A DNA stretch of 64,000 bases from Candidatus Eiseniibacteriota bacterium (lineage in GTDB: Bacteria; Eisenbacteria; RBG-16-71-46; JACRLI01), in NCBI GenBank assembly GCA_025351485.1, contig JANXVU010000073.1, positions 9,216 to 73,215 of the forward strand. Direction: 5' to 3'. Of the stretch, positions 29,231 through 37,538 are shown in pieces. Under the pieces are notes generated by a model. The model saw only the letters and a program-made list of their open reading frames with translations, ran no database searches and was not told where the DNA came from. Within the stretch, counting starts at the first letter, position 1; the number at the start of each line of letters is the position of its first letter. A program made the translations under genes and the position numbers.

Positions 29231-29957
29231 GCTCGAGCACGGTCAGGATGCTCTCTTTCAAGGCCCGGTTGGTGTCGCGAAAGTCGCCGGAGGCGTCCAC
29301 GACGCGGAAGTTGTACTCCGTGGCCATGAGATCGAACTGCTCCAGCATGCGCTTCTGGTACTCCACGAAACTGTCGTAAAAGTCCTGGCCCAGGCGCAGG
29401 TCCATTCCTGATTCCCAGTAGTCCATGCCCTCGCCGGAGCGGTCGATCCAGTAGCGGCGGCTGAGGTTTTCCGGATTGATCACGCGCGGCACGAGCTCTT
29501 CGATGCCCAGCTTCATGTACATGACCAGGTTGGGCTCGAGCGCGAAGCCGAACACCCGGCGGATCCAGGTCGGGTCCGCTCCCCGAAGATGGAAGCGCGC
29601 GAAGGCGGTGTAGATGTACCGGTCGGCCAGCACGATGAAGCCGGCCCGCAGCGCCGGGATGATCTCGTGCTCCAGGCGGTCGGCGAAATCGGCCGCATAG
29701 AGCAGGCTCAAGGTGTGGAGGTTCAGGGTGTGGCCGGCCTTGGCCTCGTCGATCGCCCGCACCATCAGGGGCGAGCGGGTCCAGCCGGTGGTGACCACGC
29801 CGTAGCCCTTGAGCTCGAGCCACGCCTTGAGGTCGGCGATCTGCGTGGAACGGCCCACGCCGTCGGTGCCCTCCAGGACCAGCAGCCGGCCCTTGAGGTC
29901 GGTGATGTCCACGTAGGGCAGGCCGGTGCCGAAGAATTTGTTCGGGGCCTGGATCAT
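29223..29957 (-). CDS. thymidylate-kinase-family P-loop protein, paralog 2 (Walker-A Lys replaced by Arg)
   Basis: ATG 29957 overlaps the paralog-1 stop as ATGA. P-loop LVLEGTDGVGRSTQ. ..LYAADFADRLEHEIIPALRAGFIVLADRYIYTAFAR.. is shared with paralog 1. The 5' 200 codons of the 29223..30557 ORF are a GC-driven extension. Confidence 0.6.
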   Translation of the reverse strand: MIQAPNKFFGTGLPYVDITDLKGRLLVLEGTDGVGRSTQIADLKAWLELKGYGVVTTGWTRSPLMVRAIDEAKAGHTLNLHTLSLLYAADFADRLEHEIIPALRAGFIVLADRYIYTAFARFHLRGADPTWIRRVFGFALEPNLVMYMKLGIEELVPRVINPENLSRRYWIDRSGEGMDYWESGMDLRLGQDFYDSFVEYQKRMLEQFDLMATEYNFRVVDASGDFRDTNRALKESILTVLEHE

Positions 29958-30661
29958 CGCAGCTCCACCGCCGGTGGCAGGTAGGGCCTCGGCCTGTAAC
30001 CGACCAGGCGCTCCCGCACCCACTCGCGCATCTGCGACTGCTGTTGCTCGATGGGCTGCGAGGCGTCCAGCACGGTGAGTCCATACTCCGAGGCGATGCG
30101 GTCGTACTCGGTCAGGATGCGCCCCTGGAACTCCCGGAATCCGTCGTTGGGATCGTCCGACAGGCCCATGTCCATGCCCGCCTCGTGGTACTTGATGGCC
30201 TTGCGGCCGTTCAGGATCCGGCGCAGCGCCACGTCGATGGGGACCCGGAAGTAGAAGGCGATGTCCGGCTTGACCGCGAACCCGTACATGTCGCGCACCC
30301 AGTCGCGGTGCACGCCGCGCACCACGTCCCGGGAAAAGGCGGTGTAGATGTAGCGGTCGGCCAGCACGATCATGCCCGCCTTGAGCGGCGGAATAATCAG
30401 GTGCGTGAGGCGGTCCGCGAAGTCGGTGGCGTGCAGCACGCTGAACGTGGTGGGGGTCAGCAGGTCCTTCTTCTTGCCCCGCTTGATGGTCGAGTTCACC
30501 AGCGCCGAGGAATTCCACTCGGTGAAGAACACCTGGTGGCCCAGGCTGACCAGCCACTTTTGCAGCAACTGGAGCTGGGTGGACTTGCCCGAACCGTCGA
30601 TGCCCTCCACGATGATGAGGCGGCCGGAGTAGGGGTGAGGCACGTCAAAAGTGCGCGGCAC
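29954..30661 (-). CDS. thymidylate-kinase-family P-loop protein, paralog 1
   Basis: GTG 30661 with AGGAAGAGGAA RBS. Walker A IIVEGIDGSGKSTQ, Tmk-like DRYIYTAF motif. 235 aa with a C-terminal extension beyond the canonical Tmk length. Confidence 0.65.
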   Translation of the reverse strand: MPRTFDVPHPYSGRLIIVEGIDGSGKSTQLQLLQKWLVSLGHQVFFTEWNSSALVNSTIKRGKKKDLLTPTTFSVLHATDFADRLTHLIIPPLKAGMIVLADRYIYTAFSRDVVRGVHRDWVRDMYGFAVKPDIAFYFRVPIDVALRRILNGRKAIKYHEAGMDMGLSDDPNDGFREFQGRILTEYDRIASEYGLTVLDASQPIEQQQSQMREWVRERLVGYRPRPYLPPAVELR

Positions 30662-30674
30662 GGGTTCCTCTTCC

Positions 30675-31178
30675 TCAGCGGCGCGGTGCGAGCGCGCGCA
30701 ACTCTCTTGGGGTGAGATGCCAGATCAGCTTTCCGGGGCGCTCCAACGGCACGGATGAGACGTGGATCCGGCAGCAACCGCCCTTGCGAAACTCGAGGAC
30801 CGAATCCTCGGCCCCCAGCAGGGAAGAGGCGAAGAAACCCAGCGCCGGTTCGTGCCCCACCAGCATCACCCGGCTCGCTCCGCCCTGGGCACGCAGGGCT
30901 TCGTAGATCTCGCGTTCCGGGGCCCCGGGCATCAGGGCCTCGCACAATTGCACCGAGTCCTCGCACTCCATGGCCTGCGACACCAGGCGCGCCGTGTGGT
31001 GCGCGCGCACCAGCGGGCTGGACAGGATCGAGTCCAGGCGCGGCACGATGCGCGCCAGGCCGAGCGATGCGCGCATCATTCTCTTGATCCCCTCGTCGGT
31101 GAGCGGCCGGTCGTCGTTCGGATATCCCGGCGTGCCCCGGGGCACGGCGATGGCATGGCGGAGCAGGTAAATCTGCAT
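30675..31178 (-). CDS. histidine-phosphatase-superfamily protein, SixA-like phosphohistidine phosphatase
   Basis: MQIYLLRHAIA..(RHG motif) ... MLVGHEPAL. 167 aa. First gene of the minus-strand phosphate module. Confidence 0.7.
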   Translation of the reverse strand: MQIYLLRHAIAVPRGTPGYPNDDRPLTDEGIKRMMRASLGLARIVPRLDSILSSPLVRAHHTARLVSQAMECEDSVQLCEALMPGAPEREIYEALRAQGGASRVMLVGHEPALGFFASSLLGAEDSVLEFRKGGCCRIHVSSVPLERPGKLIWHLTPRELRALAPRR

Positions 31179-31831
31179 TGGCGGTCTCGCTTGAGCTGGG
31201 GCCTTCGAGGCAGTTCCACCGTCAATTTCCGCGCTCCCGATAGTGTATCAACCGGGGCCGGGGATGGTTGTTACAGGGCGGTTAATTCCCTGATTCTCGC
31301 ATGTTTCCTACCCGGGCCACAAATTCACCCCCACGAAACCTGCCGTCCATCACGGCGACAAGCTTCCTGCCTATTCTCCACTCCGGTTCTGGAACAACGA
31401 CTCCGCGCTTCCTGGCTCATGGCCGGGGCGCCGTCACCGCTGACCGATAGCCTTGCGCGCCGGATCGCTCACCGGGGGTGCAGCTGGCGGGACCCAGGCG
31501 TGTGGCCGGGGGTGTGGAGTCAGTCCTTCAGGGAGCGGCCGTGGCGGGCAGCATGCAAGGGAACGACCTCCGTCGATCCCGCCACGTGCCAGGCTCAGCG
31601 GTCAGGCAACGCCGCTCCCGACCTATCTTGGAGGCGCCCGGAAGCCGGGCGCGTCAGGGCTGGCCCCCTGGTCGCGCGCCGAAAGGTCCGGGTCGCCCCA
31701 GGTCGTGCAGCACGGCAGGTCACGAATCAAGGGAAGAACCCATCAAGCACACACGCCGACCTCAGTCTTTGAAACTCGCGGCACGCTCACTCAGGCCAAT
31801 TGAAGAAAACGACATCTACAGGGGAGGCACA

Positions 31832-33682
31832 ATGCAGTTTGTTTCCAATACTCCAGGTCGGAATGCGCTGTTCGGGGCCCTGGTCGCGGTAAGTATCACC
31901 GCCATCGGATTCGGCGCCGCGTCCGCGCAAACATACCCGGTCGGGTATCCGAACGGCCTTTCGCTCGATGGGAACATCTTCTGGGGCAGCGGCGCCAACA
32001 CCAGCCTGGCCAGCCAGGCCACCGGCAAGCCGTCCAAGGCGCTGCCGGACACAGCTTTCAACGGGTGCGGTTTTGGATACGACGCCGCCTACCTTCTCGG
32101 CACCGAATACACGCACAACCTGTGGGTTGATCCGCTGATCACTTCGCAGGTGGCGTGGCCCAACGGCGCCCCGAACTTCCAGCCCCCCCTGGGTAGCCCG
32201 GCCTACACGCAGGCGATCAAGGTGCCGGCCGGCGACTCCTTCTTCGAGCAGACCTGCTACGTCGGAGCGGTCGGCCCCAATTCCACCGACAAGTGGTGGC
32301 TGGGCTGGACCTACTTCGACTCGACCGGCGCCGGTCGTGACGACCTGCACCTGCCGGGCATGACCAACCCGCGCCCGAGCGTGGTGTACGACAACGTGAT
32401 CCAGATGTCGAACACGACCTGGGGCCCCGACTCCAACCACGTCCTTCGGGGCCAGTACCGTGTGGCCGGTGGCGCGAACCTGACCGTGCTCCCGGGCACC
32501 GTGATCATCGAGGAGCGCGCGACGCTCGGCACGCTCCGGATCGAACGCGGCTCGAAGATCTTTGCCGAGGGCACGCGGGACTCGGTGATCATCATCACCG
32601 ACGACGACGCTCCGGGCACCATGCACACCGGTGGCTGCGGCGGCATCGTGATCAACGGGCGCGCCAAGATCAACAACGCCAATTCGTGCGCGGGCGACTC
32701 GGCCGCGTCCGAAGGCGGCGCGATCGGATTCTACGGCGGCAACGACGACCACGACAGCTCGGGCCGGCTCAAATATGTCCGCATCGAGTACGCGGGCAAG
32801 GAGATCACTCCGAACAACGAGCTGAACTCCTGGACCAACAACGGCCTCGGCGACGGCACCTACGAGGAATACCTTCAGGCGCACCAGGGGGCCGACGACG
32901 GCTGGGAAGCGTTCGGCGGAACCGTGCGCGTCAAGCACCTGGTCTGCACCGACGGCCACGACGACGGCTACGACTGGCAGCAGGGCTACCGGGGCGGCGC
33001 GCAGTTCGTGATCGTGCGCGGCATCGCGGACCTGGCCCCGTCGGGCACCCAGTTCGGCGACAAGGGCATCGAGGCCGACAACAACGACGTCGCTCCGTTC
33101 AACCAGGACCTGTGGGCCCACGCGTGCTCGGGCCAGGCCAACCCGGTCGTGTACAACGCGACCTTCGTTGGCGACCGCAGCCGTTCCGGCGCGACCTACC
33201 CCGGATCGACGTTCGGAATCAACCTGCGCCGGGGAACGGCGGGAGTGGTGATGAACTCCATCACGACCAACTTCAAGACCTGGGGCCTGAAGATCGACGA
33301 CGACGTGACCTGGAAGGCGCACTGCCTGGCGGTGGGCGGCCTCAACGGCGCCGGTCCGCTGTTCAAGCCGGGCCTGTACTGTGGCCCGGGCGTGGGCGGC
33401 GTGGGCGTTCCTGCGAACAAGGTGATGCCGGCGAGCAGTTCGCCGAACCCGTTCCGCAAGAACGTGAACGTCACCTTCTCGCTCCGCGAGGCCGGACGCG
33501 CGCTGGTCCAGGTCCTGTCGGCGGAAGGCCGGGTGGTCTCGACGATTGCCAACGGCCAGTTCGCGGCCGGACAGCATGTCGCGAACTGGAACCCCTCGCC
33601 GGGCACGCCGGCGGGTGTCTACTTCTACAAGGTGCTGGCGGGCAAGAACCAGTCCACCGGCAAGATGATGCGCCTGCAGTAA
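31832..33682 (+). CDS. secreted protein with T9SS C-terminal sorting domain (possible beta-helix fold), function unknown
   Basis: ATG 31832 after GGGGAGG. Signal peptide ..NALFGALVAVSITAIGFGAASAQ. C-terminus ..PNPFRKNVNVTFSL..GVYFYKVLAGK..MMRLQ matches a Por secretion tail. The upstream 118 codons of the 31478 ORF are non-coding leader. Confidence 0.65.
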   Translation: MQFVSNTPGRNALFGALVAVSITAIGFGAASAQTYPVGYPNGLSLDGNIFWGSGANTSLASQATGKPSKALPDTAFNGCGFGYDAAYLLGTEYTHNLWVDPLITSQVAWPNGAPNFQPPLGSPAYTQAIKVPAGDSFFEQTCYVGAVGPNSTDKWWLGWTYFDSTGAGRDDLHLPGMTNPRPSVVYDNVIQMSNTTWGPDSNHVLRGQYRVAGGANLTVLPGTVIIEERATLGTLRIERGSKIFAEGTRDSVIIITDDDAPGTMHTGGCGGIVINGRAKINNANSCAGDSAASEGGAIGFYGGNDDHDSSGRLKYVRIEYAGKEITPNNELNSWTNNGLGDGTYEEYLQAHQGADDGWEAFGGTVRVKHLVCTDGHDDGYDWQQGYRGGAQFVIVRGIADLAPSGTQFGDKGIEADNNDVAPFNQDLWAHACSGQANPVVYNATFVGDRSRSGATYPGSTFGINLRRGTAGVVMNSITTNFKTWGLKIDDDVTWKAHCLAVGGLNGAGPLFKPGLYCGPGVGGVGVPANKVMPASSSPNPFRKNVNVTFSLREAGRALVQVLSAEGRVVSTIANGQFAAGQHVANWNPSPGTPAGVYFYKVLAGKNQSTGKMMRLQ

Positions 33683-33807
33683 TTCCAAGCAATCGATTCC
33701 ACGCGACCGGTCCGGCAGCCACGCTGTCGGGCCGGTCGTGCGTGGGATTCCCAGTATAGGAAGCGCTCACGAAACTCTGTTCACGGTCTTTCAATCGGGT
33801 GGGACGA

Positions 33808-36624
33808 ATGGCAAATACCAATCACGGGGTGAGCCGGCGAGTCTTCTTGCCGGCGCTTGTCCTTTTCTGCCTTGCCGCATTGGCTTCATCGGCCGCCTGC
33901 GGAGCCGCGCGCAACGGAAAGATCCAGGGACACGTCGTTGCGACCGACACCGGGGAACCCATCGGGTCCGCCAGCGTCGTGCTCCTGCCCGAGGACTCCA
34001 CGGCGAAGAAGATCGGGATGGCCGCGAACCTGGACGGGTCATTCCTGCTCGAAGCCCCTCCCGGCAACTACGTCCTGCAGGTGAGCGCCCTCTCGTATGC
34101 CCGGAAGCGCATCCAGGGCATTCAGATCGAGGCCGGCAAGCTCGTGGCAATGAACACCACCCTCGCTCCTCAACTGCTGAAGATTGCCGAGACGGTGGTC
34201 GAGGCCAAGGCGATGCAGAACAACGAGGCCTCCATGCTGGTGGCCCGCCGGAAGGCAACCACGGTGGGCGATGCCGTGAGCTCCGAGCAGATGCGCCGGG
34301 CGCCGGACAAGAATGCGGGCGATGTATTGAGGCGCGTGACCGGTCTCTCGGTATCCGACGGCAAGTTCGTGTTTGTCCGCGGCCTCGGGGAGCGCTACAG
34401 CTCCACGGAGGTGGACGGCGTGCGCATCGCCAGCCCCGAGCAGAACAAGCGGGTGGTGCCGATGGACTTGTTTCCAGCTGCGCTGCTCGACAACATCGTG
34501 GTGCAGAAGACGTATACGGCGGACCGCTCCGGGGAGTTCGGAGGCGGCGACGTCCAGCTGAAGACCAAGGATTTCCCCGGCGACCGGGTGTGGGCGTTCT
34601 CGGCATCGCAGGGCATCCACGCCGGCCTGACCTTCAAGGACCGGCTGACCTACGCCTCGAGCAGCGCGGACTTCTGGGGATTCGGGGCCGATTCCCGCGG
34701 GCTTCCCGGCATCGTGAACCAGATCGCAGGCAACCGGCCGCTCACGGAAGGAGGGGGCCTGGGCTTCCCGGGCTCCACCCTCAAGAGCGTCGAGAAGCAG
34801 TTCTCGAACGTGTGGACCCCGACCCGCGCGCGCGCGCTCCCGAGCGGAAGCTACTCCCTGACCTACGGGGACCAGTTCCAGCTGCTGGGACGCCAGCTCG
34901 GATTCGTCCAGGCCTGGAGCTTCTCCCGCTCCTTCGACCAGCGCGACGAGACCTTCCGGCTGCCCAATACCGCCGAGGGCCAGGCGGTGGCCATTCGGAA
35001 CGACTACAACATCCAGCGCTATACCGCATCGTCCCAGCTGGGCGCGAATGCTTCGCTGAGTTATCGCCTATCCCCGGGGTCCCAGGTGCACCTGCGGGGG
35101 TTCTACACCAACAGCGCGGACGACGAAGTGCGCAAGTACGACGGGCTGGACAACTCCAGCGGCGACCCGAAGTACCTGCGCAGCACCCGGTTGATGTACG
35201 TGCAGCGCGACGTGCTCTCGGGCGCGATCGAGGGGCAAAATGAGTTCCCCGGGCTGCTGAACTCGAAATTCGACTGGAGGCTGAACCGCTCCAACGCGCG
35301 CCGCCGTCAGCCCGACCGCCGTGAGAGCACCTACCAGCGCGTTCCGACCGACGACTCCGATCCCAGTTCCGGCTATTGGGGCCTCACCGTGGGACGCCGC
35401 GAATACGGAGACCTCAAGGACGACAACCGGGGCACGATGCTCAAGGGTTCGGTGCCCTACCAGCTCGGCGCGCTCGGCGCGGGCAGGATCTCCGCCGGGT
35501 ATGACCGCCAGACCAAGGACCGCCGGAACTACTACCGTCGTTTCAACTTCGTCCCAGGCCAGTTTGGACAGGACGCCCCGCCCGAGTCGGTGTACGACAA
35601 GGTCGACGAGGCCACGCTGCCGCAGGACAATTACGACGCGACCCAGAAGGTGCAGTCGGTGTTCGTGAGCGTCGATATCCCGATGGGCGGGCGCCTGCGG
35701 GGCAACTTCGGGATCCGACGCGAGGAAGGGGAGCAGGACGTGGTGAGCCGCGACCTGTTCAACACCTCGATCGTCACGTCCGAGGGAAAACTCTCCAACA
35801 CCGACTGGCTGGCCGGCGCCAATCTCAACTGGTCGGTCGTTGAAAACGTCAATGTGCGGGCGGCCGCGAGCCGGACGCTATCGCGCCCCGACCTGGACGA
35901 GCTGTCACCGCGCCCGACGCTCGACTACGTGGGAGACTATCAGCGGCTGGGCAATCCCAACCTCAAGCGGGCCAGGATCGAGAACTATGACCTGCGCCTG
36001 GAGGGATTTCCGAGCGCCTCCGAGGTGCTGGCCGCCGGCGTGTTCCTGAAGCGGCTCTATGACCCGATCGAAAACACCGTGCGCGGGGCGAGCAGCGGTT
36101 TCGTGCTGATCCCCGAGAATTCGGCCAATGGCCGGAACATCGGGGCCGAATTCGAACTGCGCGTCAACCTGGGCCGCCTGAGCCCGGCGCTCAAGGCGTT
36201 CTCGATCAACTCCAACCTCTCGGTCATCTCGTCCAAGGTGAAGCTCAAAGACTCCCCGACCAGGATCGGATCACAGGAGCACCCGCTCCAGGGCCAGGCG
36301 GACCACGTGTTCAACGCCGCCCTGACGTATCAGTCGCCGGGATCGGGGTTCGAGGCCTCGGTGCTGGTTTCCGCGGTCGGCAGCCGGCTGGTGGCCCTGA
36401 GCAACGCCGCGCAGGGGATCCCGGACCACTATGACCCGGGCAACACTTCGCTCGACGCCACGCTCGGGTTCGCCATGTTCAGGGGCGGGCGGCTCAAGCT
36501 CGGCGCGACCAATCTCCTGGACCAGGGAGTGCGGGAGCTCATCGGCACATTCGTATCTCGCTCCTACCGCGACGGGCGCTCCTTCTCCGTCGCCTACTCC
36601 TACGGCTCCGGTGGGGCACGATGA
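33808..36624 (+). CDS. TonB-dependent receptor with N-terminal carboxypeptidase-regulatory-like domain
   Basis: Signal peptide, CarbopepD_reg-like segment, plug domain (..DAVSSEQMRRAPDKNAGDVLRRVTGLSVSDGKFVFVRGLGERYSSTEVDGVRI..), and a 22-strand barrel. Confidence 0.85.
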   Translation: MANTNHGVSRRVFLPALVLFCLAALASSAACGAARNGKIQGHVVATDTGEPIGSASVVLLPEDSTAKKIGMAANLDGSFLLEAPPGNYVLQVSALSYARKRIQGIQIEAGKLVAMNTTLAPQLLKIAETVVEAKAMQNNEASMLVARRKATTVGDAVSSEQMRRAPDKNAGDVLRRVTGLSVSDGKFVFVRGLGERYSSTEVDGVRIASPEQNKRVVPMDLFPAALLDNIVVQKTYTADRSGEFGGGDVQLKTKDFPGDRVWAFSASQGIHAGLTFKDRLTYASSSADFWGFGADSRGLPGIVNQIAGNRPLTEGGGLGFPGSTLKSVEKQFSNVWTPTRARALPSGSYSLTYGDQFQLLGRQLGFVQAWSFSRSFDQRDETFRLPNTAEGQAVAIRNDYNIQRYTASSQLGANASLSYRLSPGSQVHLRGFYTNSADDEVRKYDGLDNSSGDPKYLRSTRLMYVQRDVLSGAIEGQNEFPGLLNSKFDWRLNRSNARRRQPDRRESTYQRVPTDDSDPSSGYWGLTVGRREYGDLKDDNRGTMLKGSVPYQLGALGAGRISAGYDRQTKDRRNYYRRFNFVPGQFGQDAPPESVYDKVDEATLPQDNYDATQKVQSVFVSVDIPMGGRLRGNFGIRREEGEQDVVSRDLFNTSIVTSEGKLSNTDWLAGANLNWSVVENVNVRAAASRTLSRPDLDELSPRPTLDYVGDYQRLGNPNLKRARIENYDLRLEGFPSASEVLAAGVFLKRLYDPIENTVRGASSGFVLIPENSANGRNIGAEFELRVNLGRLSPALKAFSINSNLSVISSKVKLKDSPTRIGSQEHPLQGQADHVFNAALTYQSPGSGFEASVLVSAVGSRLVALSNAAQGIPDHYDPGNTSLDATLGFAMFRGGRLKLGATNLLDQGVRELIGTFVSRSYRDGRSFSVAYSYGSGGAR

Positions 36625-37274
36625 AGTACCGCCTGCCCCGGAGCCCAGCGGTGTTCGCGGTGCTTTCCACCGTTCTCGCGCTCGCGGTCTTCGGCGGGCC
36701 GGCGTCGGCCAGGGTGGCCGCGAAGGCCGCCACGGACTCGGCCAAGGTCGCGCCGGACGTCCGGAACTCGCCGGGTTACGTACCGCTCCACGACCCGGAT
36801 TCGCTCGACGAGGCGCTGGGCCGCCGGGCGAATGCGCCGCTGGTTGAAATGGAGTTCCACGCCGGCGCGCGGAGCCTGAGGGAACTGGGCGCGGAGGTGT
36901 GCCACGCGCTCCACACCGGCGTGCCGAACGCCATGCTGGACCTGTGCGTAAAGTCGGATGAATTCCGCGTGATCCTGTGGCCGGAGTTTCCGCAGAGCCG
37001 TCCCGCGACGGGGCTCCGATGGGACGACGCCTGGATGATCCTCTACGGCCGGCTGAACGGAGGCTCCGTCTCGGCGGTGCGCGACTACGAGGATCACCGC
37101 TGGAAGTTTCTGAGGATCAAGTACTTAAAGGTCGTTTCGTACCGGAATTTCAAGCTCTACAACAACATCGTGATCACGGCGAAGAGCGACGCGGGAAAGC
37201 TCGAGCAGTTCACCTTCATCCGTTCGGTCGCGGAGCGCGCGGGGCGTTTCCAGATCTACAGCATGCGCGACTAG
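36621..37274 (+). CDS. secreted hypothetical protein translationally coupled to the TonB-dependent receptor
   Basis: ATG overlaps the TBDR stop as ATGA. Signal peptide MKYRLPRSPAVFAVLSTVLALAVFGGPASA. No recognisable domain. Confidence 0.5.
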   Translation: MKYRLPRSPAVFAVLSTVLALAVFGGPASARVAAKAATDSAKVAPDVRNSPGYVPLHDPDSLDEALGRRANAPLVEMEFHAGARSLRELGAEVCHALHTGVPNAMLDLCVKSDEFRVILWPEFPQSRPATGLRWDDAWMILYGRLNGGSVSAVRDYEDHRWKFLRIKYLKVVSYRNFKLYNNIVITAKSDAGKLEQFTFIRSVAERAGRFQIYSMRD

Positions 37275-37293
37275 GGGGTCTCCGCAGGACCCC
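37275..37293 (+). terminator. GC hairpin immediately after the stop (GGGGTC-tccgcag-GACCCC), no U-tract
   Basis: Perfect 6-bp stem with a 7-nt loop starting 1 nt after the TAG at 37272-37274. Confidence 0.25.
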
Positions 37294-37538
37294 GGGTAGG
37301 CGCCACGCCCACCCCGCGAAGACTCCCACGGCCCTTCCCACGGCCCGCGGCCGCGCGTTGCTCTGAAGGCCCCTCTGTGCTAACGTTTTCATTCCAAAGC
37401 TGAATCTTCATCCGGGAGGCGCCAGGCATCCCCGCCCGGCGCTCCCACCCGTCGCTTCGGGGGCGGGACCAGAAGGCCCACGTGCGATGACGGCGTGAAC
37501 GTTCCGGCCCCTCCGCCCCAGGGCTCTGGAGGTGCGTC

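Noticed and set aside
27593-29329. 578-aa plus-strand ORF
   Set aside because: Antisense of ppx. The translation is Arg/Pro/Gly-rich and lacks motifs.
30762-31772. 336-aa ORF spanning the sixA antisense region and the long intergenic region
   Set aside because: Its first third is antisense to sixA and the rest is His/Arg/Pro-rich. No RBS or start context. Treated as non-coding.
31787-33688. 633-aa minus-strand ORF
   Set aside because: Antisense of the T9SS cargo gene, whose plus-strand frame has a signal peptide and Por-tail.
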